This document shows, piece after piece, positions 40,601 to 54,100 of a stretch of 64,000 nt of DNA (the stretch's first letter is position 1; each line of letters begins with the position of its first letter). This DNA comes from Auanema rhodensis (taxonomy: Eukaryota > Animalia > Nematoda): NCBI GenBank assembly GCA_964057225.1, contig OZ059897.1, positions 22,568,001-22,632,000 of the forward strand, read 5' to 3'. A program made the position numbers and the translations under genes. The notes under the pieces are model-generated. The model had not been told where the DNA came from, did not search any database, and was given only the letters and a program-made list of their open reading frames with translations.

Positions 40601-43600
40601 GGGAATCTAATTTTGAAAACCGCATCTCTTTATCTTTCACGTGAAGCGAGTTACATACCAAGTGCACATCACGTGTACATTTAATTAGCATAAATTAAAG
40701 TTCACGTAAATTTCAAAGTCATAGTTACCATGAAGCAATATCAATAAAAATTTGTTTTTAGACTATTATGGACATGGGGAATCTAATTTTGAAAACCGCA
40801 TCTCTTTATCTTTCACGTGAAGCGAGTTACATACCAAGTGCACATCACGTGTACATTTATTTAGCATAAATTAAAGTTCACGTAAATTTCAAAGTCATGG
40901 TTACCATGAACCAATATCAATAAAAATTTGTTTTTAGACTAATATGGATATGGGGAATCTAATTTTGAAAACCGCATTTCTTTATCTTTCACGTGAAGCG
41001 AGTTACATACCAAGAGCACATCACGTGTACATTTAATTAGCATAAATTAAAGTTCACGTAAATTTCAAAGTCATGGTTACCATGAAGCAATATCAATAAA
41101 AATTTGTTTTTAGACTAATATGGACATGGGGAATCTAATTTTGAAAACCGCATCTCTTTATCTTTCACGTGAAGCGAGTTACATACCAAGTGCACATCAC
41201 GTGTACATTTATTTAGCATAAATTAAAGTTCACGTAAATTTCAAAGTCATGGTTACCATGAACCAATATCAATAAAAATTTGTTTTTAGACTAATATGGA
41301 CATGGGGAATCTAATTTTGAAAACCGCATTTCTTTATCTTTCACGTGAAGCGAGTTACATACCAAGAGCACATCACGTGTACATTTAATTAGCATAAATT
41401 AAAGTTCACGTAAATTTCAAAGTCATGGTTACCATGAAGCAATATCAATAAAAATTTGTTTTTAGACTAATATGGACATGGGGAATCTAATTTTGAAAAC
41501 CGCATCTCTTTATCTTTCACGTGAAGCGAGTTACATACCAAGTGCACATCACGTGTACATTTAATTAGCATAAATTAAAGTTCACGTAAATTTCAAAGTC
41601 ATGGTTACCATGAAGCAATATCAATAAAAATTTGTTTTTAGACTAATATGGACATGGGGAATCTAATTTTGAAAACCGCATCTCTTTATCTTTCACGTGA
41701 AGCGAGTTACATACCAAGTGCACATCACGTGTACATTTAATTAGCATAAATTAAAGTTCACGTAAATTTCAAAGTCATGGTTACCATGAAGCAATATCAA
41801 TAAAAATTTGTTTTTAGACTAATATGGACATGGGGAATCTAATTTTGAAAACCGCATCTCTTCATCTTTCACGTGAAGCGAGTTACATACCAAGTGCACA
41901 TCACGTGTACATTTAATTAGCATTAATTAAAGTTCACGTAAATTTCAAAGTCATGGTTACCATGAACCAATATCAATAAAAATTTGTTTTTAGACTAATA
42001 TAGACATGGGGAATCTAATTTTGAAAACCGCATCTCTTTATCTTTCACGTGAAGCGAGTTACATACCAAGTGCACATCACGTGTACATTTAATTAGCATA
42101 AATTAAAGTTCACGTAAATTTCAAAGTCATGGTTACCATGAACTAATATCAATAAAAATTTGTTTTTAGACTAATATGGACATGGGGAATCTAATTTTGA
42201 AAACCGCATCTCTTTATCTTTCACGTGAAGCGAGTTACATACCAAGTGCACATCACGTGTACATTTAATTAGCATAAATTAAAGTTCACGTAAATTTCAA
42301 AGTCATGGTTACCATGAACCAATATCAATAAAAATTTGTTTTTAGACTAATATGGACATGGGGAATCTAATTTTGAAAACCGCATCTCTTTATCTTTCAC
42401 GTGAAGCGAGTTACATACCAAGTGCACATCACGTGTACATTTAATTAGCATAAATTAAAGTTCACGTAAATTTCAAAGTCATGGTTACCATGAACCAATA
42501 TCAATAAAAATTTGTTCTTAGACTAATATGGACATGGGGAATCTAATTTTGAAAACCGCATCTCTTTATCTTTCACGTGAAGCGAGTTACATACCAAGTG
42601 CACATCACGTGTACATTTAATTAGCATAAATTAAAGTTCACGTAAATTTCAAAGTCATGGTTACCATGCACAAATATCAATAAAAATTTGTTTTTAGACT
42701 AATATGGACATGGGGAATCTAATTTTGAAAACCGCATCTCTTTATCTTTCACGTGAAGCGAGTTACATACCAAGTGCACATCACGTGTACATTTAATTAG
42801 CATAAATTAAAGTTCACGTAAATTTCAAAGTCATGGTTACCATGCACCAATATCAATAAAAATTTGTTTTTAGACTAATATGGACATGGGGAATCTAATT
42901 TTGAAAACCGCATCTCTTTATCTTTCACGTGAAGCGAGTTACATACCAAGTGCACATCACGTGTACATTTAATTAGCATAAATTAAAGTTCACGTAAATT
43001 TCAAAGTCATGGTTACCATGAAGCAATATCAATAAAAATTTGTTTTTAGACTAATATGGACATGGGGAATCTAATTTTGAAAACCGCATCTCTTTATCTT
43101 TCACGTGAAGCGAGTTACATACCAAGTGCACATCACGTGTACATTTAATTAGCATTAATTAAAGTTCACGTAAATTTCAAAGTCATGGTTACCATGAACC
43201 AATATCAATAAAAATTTGTTTTTAGACTAATATGGACATGGGGAATCTAATTTTGGAAACCGCATCTCTTTATCTTTCACGTGAAGCGAGTTACATACCA
43301 AGTGCACATCACGTGTACATTTAATTAGCATAAATTAAAGTTCACGTAAATTTCAAAGTCATAGTTACCATGAAGCAATATCAATAAAAATTTGTTTTTA
43401 GACTAATATGGACATGGGGAATCTAATTTTGAAAACCGCATCTCTTTATCTTTCACGTGAAGCGAGTTACATACCAAGTGCACATCACGTGTACATTTAA
43501 TTAGCATAAATTAAAGTTCACGTAAATTTCAAAGTCATGGTTACCATGAAGCAATATCAATAAAAATTTGTTTTTAGACTAATATGGACATGGGGAATCT

Positions 43601-46105
43601 AATTTTGGAAACCGCATCTCTTTATCTTTCACGTGAAGCGAGTTACATACCAAGTGCACATCACGTGTACATTTAATTAGCATAAATTAAAGTTCACGTA
43701 AATTTCAAAGTCATAGTTACCATGAAGCAATATCAATAAAAATTTGTTTTTAGACTAATATGGACATGGGGAATCTAATTTTGAAAACCGCATCTCTTTA
43801 TCTTTCACGTGAAGCGAGTTACATACCAAGTGCACATCACGTGTACATTTAATTAGCATAAATTAAAGTTCACGTAAATTTCAAAGTCATGGTTACCATG
43901 AAGCAATATCAATAAAAATTTGTTTTTAGACTAATATGGACATGGGGAATCTAATTTTGGAAACCGCATCTCTTCATCTTTCACGTGAAGCGAGTTACAT
44001 ACCAAGTGCACATCACGTGTACATTTAATTAGCATTAATTAAAGTTCACGTAAATTTCAAAGTCATGGTTACCATGAACCAATATCAATAAAAATTTGTT
44101 TTTAGACTAATATAGACATGGGGAATCTAATTTTGAAAACCGCATCTCTTTATCTTTCACGTGAAGCGAGTTACATACCAAGTGCACATCACGTGTACAT
44201 TTAATTAGCATAAATTAAAGTTCACGTAAATTTCAAAGTCATGGTTACCATGAACCAATATCAATAAAAATTTGTTTTTAGACTAATATGGACATGGGGA
44301 ATCTAATTTTGAGAACCGCATCTCTTTATCTTTCACGTGAAGCGAGTTACATACCAAGTGCACATCACGTGTACATTTAATTAGCATAAATTAAAGTTCA
44401 CGTAAATTTCAAAGTCATGGTTACCATGAACCAATATCAATAAAAATTTGTTTTTAGACTAATATGGACATGGGGAATCTAATTTTGAAAACCGCATCTC
44501 TTTATCTTTCACGTGAAGCGAGTTACATACCAAGTGCACATCACGTGTACATTTAATTAGCATAAATTAAAGTTCACGTAAATTTCAAAGTCATGGTTAC
44601 CATGAACCAATATCAATAAAAATTTGTTTTTAGACTAATATGGACATGGGGAATCTAATTTTGAAAACCGCATCTCTTTATCTTTCACGTGAAGCGAGTT
44701 ACATACCAAGTGCACATCACGTGTACATTTAATTAGCATAAATTAAAGTTCACGTAAATTTCAAAGTCATGGTTACCATGTACCAATATCAATAAAAATT
44801 TGTTTTTAGACTAATATGGACATGGGGAATCTAATTTTGAAAACCGCATCTCTTTATCTTTCACGTGAAGCGAGTTACATACCAAGTGCACATCACGTGT
44901 ACATTTAATTAGCATAAATTAAAGTTCACGTAAATTTCAAAGTCATGGTTACCATGAAGCAATATCAATAAAAATTTGTTTTTAGACTAATATGGACATG
45001 GGGAATCTAATTTTGAAAACCGCATCTCTTCATCTTTCACGTGAAGCGAGTTACATACCAAGTGCACATCACGTGTACATTTAATTAGCATTAATTAAAG
45101 TTCACGTAAATTTCAAAGTCATGGTTACCATGAACCAATATCAATAAAAATTTGTTTTTAGACTAATATAGACATGGGGAATCTAATTTTGAAAACCGCA
45201 TCTCTTTATCTTTCACGTGAAGCGAGTTACATACCAAGTGCACATCACGTGTACATTTAATTAGCATAAATTAAAGTTCACGTAAATTTCAAAGTCATGG
45301 TTACCATGAACCAATATCAATAAAAATTTGTTTTTAGACTAATATGGACATGGGGAATCTAATTTTGAGAACCGCATCTCTTTATCTTTCACGTGAAGCG
45401 AGTTACATACCAAGTGCACATCACGTGTACATTTAATTAGCATAAATTAAAGTTCACGTAAATTTCAAAGTCATGGTTACCATGAACCAATATCAATAAA
45501 AATTTGTTTTTAGACTAATATGGACATGGGGAATCTAATTTTGAAAACCGCATCTCTTTATCTTTCACGTGAAGCGAGTTACATACCAAGTGCACATCAC
45601 GTGTACATTTAATTAGCATAAATTAAAGTTCACGTAAATTTCAAAGTCATGGTTACCATGAACCAATATCAATAAAAATTTGTTTTTAGACTAATATGGA
45701 CATGGGGAATCTAATTTTGAAAACCGCATCTCTTTATCTTTCACGTGAAGCGAGTTACATACCAAGTGCACATCACGTGTACATTTAATTAGCATAAATT
45801 AAAGTTCACGTAAATTTCAAAGTCATGGTTACCATGTACCAATATCAATAAAAATTTGTTTTTAGACTAATATGGACATGGGGAATCTAATTTTGAAAAC
45901 CGCATCTCTTTATCTTTCACGTGAAGCGAGTTACATACCAAGTGCACATCACGTGTACATTTAATTAGCATAAATTAAAGTTCACGTAAATTTCAAAGTC
46001 ATGGTTACCATGAACCAATATCAATAAAAATTTGTTTTTAGACTAATATGGACATGGGGAATCTAATTTTGAAAACCGCATCTCTTTATCTTTCACGTGA
46101 AGCGA

Positions 46106-46271
46106 GTTACATACCAAGTGCACATCACGTGTACATTTAATTAGCATAAATTAAAGTTTCAAAGTCATGGTTACCATGCACCAATATCAATAAAAATTTG
46201 TTTTTAGACTAATATGGACATGGGGAATCTAATTTTGAAAACCGCATCTCTTTATCTTTCACGTGAAGCGA
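46106..46271 (+). repeat. 166-bp variant monomer (identical 10-bp deletion, second copy)
   Basis: TTAAAGTT|TCAAAGTC with the junction after 46158 and a register shift of -10. Confidence 0.95.
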
Positions 46272-49087
46272 GTTACATACCAAGTGCACATCACGTGTAC
46301 ATTTAATTAGCATAAATTAAAGTTCACGTAAATTTCAAAGTCATGGTTACCATGAACGAATATCAATAAAAATTTGTTTTTAGACTAATATGGACATGAG
46401 GAATCTAATTTTGAAAACCGCATCTCTTCATCTTTCACGTGAAGCGAGTTACATACCAAGTGCACATCACGTGTACATTTAATTAGCATAAATTAAAGTT
46501 CACGTAAATTTCAAAGTCATGGTTACCATTCACCAATATCAATAAAAATTTGTTTTTAGACTAATATGGACATGGGGAATCTAATTTTGAAAACCACATC
46601 TCTTTATCTTTCACGTGAAGCGAGTTACATACCAAGTGCACATCACGTGTACATTTAATTAGCATAAATTAAAGTTCACGTAAATTTCAAAGTCATGGTT
46701 ACCATGCACCAATATCAATAAAAATTTGTTTTTAGACTAATATGGACATGAGGAATCTAATTTTGAAAACCGCATCTCTTTATCTTTCACGTGAAGCGAG
46801 TTACATACCAAGTGCACATCACGTGTACATTTAATTAGCATAAATTAAAGTTCACGTAAATTTCAAAGTCATGGTTACCATGAAGCAATATCAATAAAAA
46901 TTTGTTTTTAGACTAATATGGACATGGGGAATCTAATTTTGAAAACCGCATCTCTTTATCTTTCACGTGAAGCGAGTTACATACCAAGTGCACATCACGT
47001 GTACATTTAATTAGCATAAATTAAAGTTCACGTAAATTTCAAAGTCATGGTTACCATGAACCAATATCAATAAAAATTTGTTTTTAGACTAATATGGACA
47101 TGGGGAATCTAATTTTGAAAACCGCATCTCTTTATCTTTCACGTGAAGCGAGTTACATACCAAGTGCACATCACGTGTACATTTAATTAGCATAAATTAA
47201 AGTTCACGTAAATTTCAAAGTCATGGTTACCATGAACCAATATCAATAAAAATTTGTTTTTAGACTAATATGGACATGGGGAATCTAATTTTGAAAACCG
47301 CATCTCTTTATCTTTCACGTGAAGCGAGTTACATACCAAGTGCACATCACGTGCACATTTAATTAGCATAAATTAAAGTTCACGTAAATTTCAAAGTCAT
47401 GGTTACCATGAACCAATATCAATAAAAATTTGTTTTCAGACTAATATGGACATGGGGAATCTAATTTTGAAAACCGCATCTCTTTATCTTTCACGTGAAG
47501 CGAGTTACATACCAAGTGCACATCACGTGTACATTTAATTAGCATAAATTAAAGTTCACGTAAATTTCAAAGTCATGGTTACCATGTACCAATATCAATA
47601 AAAATTTGTTTTTAGAATAATATGGACATGGGGAATCTAATTTTGAAAACCGCATCTCTTTATCTTTCACGTGAAGCGAGTTACATACCAAGTGCACATC
47701 ACGTGTACATTTAATTAGCATAAATTAAAGTTCACGTAAATTTCAAAGTCATGGTTACCATGAACCAATATCAATAAAAATTTGTTTTTAGACTAATATG
47801 GACATGGGGAATCTAATTTTGAAAACCGCATCTCTTTATCTTTCACGTGAAGCGAGTTACATACCAAGTGCACATCACGTGTACATTTAATTAGCATAAA
47901 TTAAAGTTCACGTAAATTTCAAAGTCATGGTTACCATGCACCAATATCAATAAAAATTTGTTTTTAGACTAATATGGACATGGGGAATCTAATTTTAAAA
48001 ACCGCATCTCTTTATCTTTCACGTGAAGCGAGTTACATACCAAGTGCACATCACGTGTACATTTAATTAGCATAAATTAAAGTTCACGTAAATTTCAAAG
48101 TCATGGTTACCATGAACCAATATCAATAAAAATTTGTTTTTAGACTAATATGGACATGAGGAATCTAATTTTGAAAACCGCATCTCTTCATCTTTCACGT
48201 GAAGCGAGTTACATACCAAGTGCACATCACGTGTACATTTAATTAGCATAAATTAAAGTTAAGGTAAATTTTAAAGTCATGGTTACCATTCACCAATATC
48301 AATAAAAATTTGTTTTTAGACTAATATGGACATGGGGAATCTAATTTTGAAAACCGCATCTCTTTATCTCTCACGTGAAGCGAGTTACATACCAAGTGCA
48401 CATCACGTGTACATTTAATTAGCATAAATTAAAGTTCACGTAAATTTCAAAGTCATGGTTACCATTCACCAATATCAATAAAAATTTGTTTTTAGACTAA
48501 TATGGACATGGGGAATCTAATTTTGAAAACCGCATCTCTTTATCTTTCACGTGAAGCGAGTTACATACCAAGTGCACATCACGTGTACATTTATTTAGCA
48601 TAAATTAAAGTTCACGTAAATTTCAAAGTCATGGTTACCATGAACCAATATCAATAAAAATTTGTTTTTAGACTAATATGGACATGGGGAATCTAATTTT
48701 GAAAACCGCATTTCTTTATCTTTCACGTGAAGCGAGTTACATACCAAGAGCACATCACGTGTACATTTAATTAGCATAAATTAAAGTTCACGTAAATTTC
48801 AAAGTCATGGTTACCATGCACCAATATCAATAAAAATTTGTTTTTAGACTAATATGGACATGAGGAATCTAATTTTGAAAACCGCATCTCTTTATCTTTC
48901 ACGTGAAGCGAGTTACATACCAAGTGCACATCACGTGTACATTTAATTAGCATAAATTAAAGTTCACGTAAATTTCAAAGTCATGGTTACCATGAAGCAA
49001 TATCAATAAAAATTTGTTTTTAGACTAATATGGACATGGGGAATCTAATTTTGAAAACCGCATCTCTTTATCTTTCACGTGAAGCGA

Positions 49088-51199
49088 GTTACATACCAAG
49101 TGCACATCACGTGTACATTTAATTAGCATAAATTAAAGTTCACGTAAATTTCAAAGTCATGGTTACCATGAACCAATATCAATAAAAATTTGTTTTTAGA
49201 CTAATAAGGACATGGGGAATCTAATTTTGAAAACCGCATCTCTTTATCTTTCACCTGAAGCGAGTTACATACCAAGTGCACATCACGTGTACATTTAATT
49301 AGCATAAATTAAAGTTCACGTAAATTTCAAAGTCATGGTTACCATGAACTAATATCAATAAAAATTTGTTTTTAGACTAATATGGACATGGGGAATCTAA
49401 TTTTGAAAACCGCATCTCTTTATCTTTCACGTGAAGCGAGTTACATACCAAGTGCACATCACGTGTACATTTAATTAGCATAAATTAAAGTTCACGTAAA
49501 TTTCAAAGTCATGGTTACCATGAACCAATATCAATAAAAATTTGTTTTTAGACTAATATGGACATGGGGAATCTAATTTTGAAAACCGCATCTCTTTATC
49601 TTTCACGTGAAGCGAGTTACATACCAAGTGCACATCACGTGTACATTTAATTAGCATAAATTAAAGTTCACGTAAATTTCAAAGTCATGGTTACCATGAA
49701 CTAATATCAATAAAAATTTGTTTTTAGACTAATATGGACATGGGGAATCTAATTTTGAAAACCGCATCTCTTTATCTTTCACGTGAAGCGAGTTACATAC
49801 CAAGTGCACATCACGTGTACATTTAATTAGCATAAATTAAAGTTCACGTAAATTTCAAAGTCATGGTTACCATGAACCAATATCAATAAAAATTTGTTTT
49901 TAGACTAATATGGACATGGGGAATCTAATTTTGAAAACCGCATCTCTTTATCTTTCACGTGAAGCGAGTTACATACCAAGTGCACATCACGTGTACATTT
50001 AATTAGCATAAATTAAAGTTCACGTAAATTTCAAAGTCATGGTTACCATGAACTAATATCAATAAAAATTTGTTTTTAGACTAATATGGACATGGGGAAT
50101 CTAATTTTGAAAACCGCATCTCTTTATCTTTCACGTGAAGCGAGTTACATACCAAGTGCACATCACGTGTACATTTAATTAGCATAAATTAAAGTTCACG
50201 TAAATTTCAAAGTCATGGTTACCATGAACCAATATCAATAAAAATTTGTTTTTAGACTAATATGGACATGGGGAATCTAATTTTGAAAACCGCATCTCTT
50301 TATCTTTCACGTGAAGCGAGTTACATACCAAGTGCACATCACGTGTACATTTAATTAGCATAAATTAAAGTTCACGTAAATTTCAAAGTCATGGTTACCA
50401 TGAACTAATATCAATAAAAATTTGTTTTTAGACTAATATGGACATGGGGAATCTAATTTTGAAAACCGCATCTCTTTATCTTTCACGTGAAGCGAGTTAC
50501 ATACCAAGTGCACATCACGTGTACATTTAATTAGCATAAATTAAAGTTCACGTAAATTTCAAAGTCATGGTTACCATGAACCAATATCAATAAAAATTTG
50601 TTTTTAGACTAATATGGACATGGGGAATCTAATTTTGAAAACCGCATCTCTTTATCTTTCACGTGAAGCGAGTTACATACCAAGTGCACATCACGTGTAC
50701 ATTTAATTAGCATAAATTAAAGTTCACGTAAATTTCAAAGTCATGGTTACCATGAACTAATATCAATAAAAATTTGTTTTTAGACTAATATGGACATGGG
50801 GAATCTAATTTTGAAAACCGCATCTCTTTATCTTTCACGTGAAGCGAGTTACATACCAAGTGCACATCACGTGTACATTTAATTAGCATAAATTAAAGTT
50901 CACGTAAATTTCAAAGTCATGGTTACCATGAACCAATATCAATAAAAATTTGTTTTTAGACTAATATGGACATGGGGAATCTAATTTTGAAAACCGCATC
51001 TCTTTATCTTTCACGTGAAGCGAGTTACATACCAAGTGCACATCACGTGTACATTTAATTAGCATAAATTAAAGTTCACGTAAATTTCAAAGTCATGGTT
51101 ACCATGAACTAATATCAATAAAAATTTGTTTTTAGACTAATATGGACATGGGGAATCTAATTTTGAAAACCGCATCTCTTTATCTTTCACGTGAAGCGA
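49088..51199. repeat. Dimeric higher-order repeat (GAACC/GAACT) x6
   Basis: The C87T allele occurs at 49350, 49702, 50054, 50406, 50758 and 51110. Confidence 0.9.
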
Positions 51200-54100
51200 G
51201 TTACATACCAAGTGCACATCACGTGTACATTTAATTAGCATAAATTAAAGTTCACGTAAATTTCAAAGTCATGGTTACCATGAACCAATATCAATAAAAA
51301 TTTGTTTTTAGACTAATATGGACATGGGGAATCTAATTTTGAAAACCGCATCTCTTTATCTTTCACGTGAAGCGAGTTACATACCAAGTGCACATCACGT
51401 GTACATTTAATTAGCATAAATTAAAGTTCACGTAAATTTCAAAGTCATGGTTACCATGAACCAATATCAATAAAAATTTGTTTTTAGACTAATATGGACA
51501 TGGGGAATCTAATTTTGAAAACCGCATCTCTTTATCTTTCACGTGAAGCGAGTTACATACCAAGTGCACATCACGTGTACATTTAATTAGCATAAATTAA
51601 AGTTCACGTAAATTTCAAAGTCATGGTTACCATGAACCAATATCAATAAAAATTTGTTTTTAGACTAATATGGACATGGGGAATCTAATTTTGAAAACCG
51701 CATCTCTTTATCTTTCACGTGAAGCGAGTTACATACCAAGTGCACATCACGTGTACATTTAATTAGCATAAATTAAAGTTCACGTAAATTTCAAAGTCAT
51801 GGTTACCATGCACCAATATCAATAAAAATTTGTTTTTAGACTAATATGGACATGGGGAATCTAATTTTGAAAACCGCATCTCTTTATCTTTCACGTGAAG
51901 CGAGTTACATACCAAGTGCACATCACGTGTACATTTAATTAGCATAAATTAAAGTTCACGTAAATTTCAAAGTCATGGTTACCATGAAGCAATATCAATA
52001 AAAATTCGTTTTTAGACTAATATGGACATGGGGAATCTAATTTTGAAAACCGCATCTCTTTATCTTTCACGTGAAGCGAGTTACATACCAAGAGCACATC
52101 ACGTGTACATTTAATTAGCATAAATTAAAGTTCACGTAAATTTCAAAGTCATGGTTACCATGAACCAATATCAATAAAAATTTGTTTTTAGACTAATATG
52201 GACATGGGGAATCTAATTTTGAAAACCGCATCTCTTCATCTTTCACGTGAAGCGAGTTACATACCAAGTGCACATCACGTGTACATTTAATTAGCATAAA
52301 TTAAAGTTCACGTAAATTTCAAAGTCATGGTTACCATGCACCAATATCAATAAAAATTTGTTTTTAGACTAATATGAACATGGGGAATCTAATTTTGAAA
52401 ACCGCATCTCTTTATCTTTCACGTGAAGCGAGTTACATACCAAGTGCACATCACGTGTACATTTAATTAGCATAAATTAAAGTTCACGTAAATTTCAAAG
52501 TCATGGTTACCATGAACCAATATCAATAAAAATTTGTTTTTAGACTAATATGGACATGGGGAATCTAATTTTGAAAACCGCATCTCTTCATCTTTCACGT
52601 GAAGCGAGTTACATACCAAGTGCACATCACGTGTACATTTAATTAGCATAAATTAAAGTTCACGTAAATTTCAAAGTCATGGTTACCATGCACAAATATC
52701 AATAAAAATTTGTTTTTAGACTAATATGGACATGGGGAATCTAATTTTGAAAACCGCATCTCCTTATCTTTTACGTGAAGCGAGTTACATACCAAGTGCA
52801 CATCACGTGTACATTTAATTAGCATAAATTAAAGTTCACGTAAATTTCAAAGTCATGGTTACCATGCACCAATATCAATAAAAATTTGTTTTTAGACTAA
52901 TATGGACATGGGGAATCTAATTTTGAAAACCGCATCTCTTTATCTTTCACGTGGAGCGAGTTACATACCAAGTGCACATCACGTGTACATTTATTTAGCA
53001 TAAATTAAAGTTCACGTAAATTTCAAAGTCATGGTTACCATTCACCAATATCAATAAAAATTTGTTTTTAGACTAATATGGACATGGGGAATCTAATTTT
53101 GAAAACCGCATCTCTTTATCTTTCACGTGAAGCGAGTTACATACCAAGTGCACATCACGTGTACATTTAATTAGCATAAATTAAAGTTCACGTAAATTTC
53201 AAAGTCATAGTTACCATGAAGCAATATCAATAAAAATTTGTTTTTAGACTAATATGGACATGGGGAATCTAATTTTGAAAACCGCATCTCTTTATCTTTC
53301 ACGTGAAGCGAGTTACATACCAAGTGCACATCACGTGTACATTTATTTAGCATAAATTAGAGTTCACGTAAATTTCAAAGTCATGGTTACCATGAACCAA
53401 TATCAATAAAAATTTGTTTTTAGACTAATATGGACATGGGGAATCTAATTTTGAAAACCGCATCTCTTCATCTTTCACGTGAAGCGAGTTACATACCAAG
53501 TGCACATCACGTGTACATTTAATTAGCATAAATTAAAGTTCACGTAAATTTCAAAGTCATGGTTACCATGCACCAATATCAATAAAAATTTGTTTTTAGA
53601 CTAATATGAACATGGGGAATCTAATTTTGAAAACCGCATCTCTTTATCTTTCACGTGAAGCGAGTTACATACCAAGTGCACATCACGTGTACATTTAATT
53701 AGCATAAATTAAAGTTCACGTAAATTTCAAAGTCATGGTTACCATGAACCAATATCAATAAAAATTTGTTTTTAGACTAATATGGACATGGGGAATCTAA
53801 TTTTGAAAACCGCATCTCTTCATCTTTCACGTGAAGCGAGTTACATACCAAGTGCACATCACGTGTACATTTAATTAGCATAAATTAAAGTTCACGTAAA
53901 TTTCAAAGTCATGGTTACCATGCACAAATATCAATAAAAATTTGTTTTTAGACTAATATGGACATGGGGAATCTAATTTTGAAAACCGCATCTCCTTATC
54001 TTTTACGTGAAGCGAGTTACATACCAAGTGCACATCACGTGTACATTTAATTAGCATAAATTAAAGTTCACGTAAATTTCAAAGTCATGGTTACCATGCA

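Larger units (their letters stand above)
19892..42233. repeat. Macro-repeat unit 1 (~127 monomers, 22342 bp; boundaries approximate)
   Basis: Rare markers recur in the same order in unit 2: GTTCTT 20175/42517, 10-bp deletion 24520/46158, AAGG 26447/48261, TTTCAAAGGC 31031/54781, GTGTTC 38389/61083, ACAGC 39213/61907, ACTATT 40766/63460, GGATAT 40949/63643. Confidence 0.9.

Noticed and set aside
47539-47721. 60-aa minus-strand ORF identical to 25725-25907
   Set aside because: It is a passive copy made by the 22-kb duplication (offset 21814), not independent conservation.
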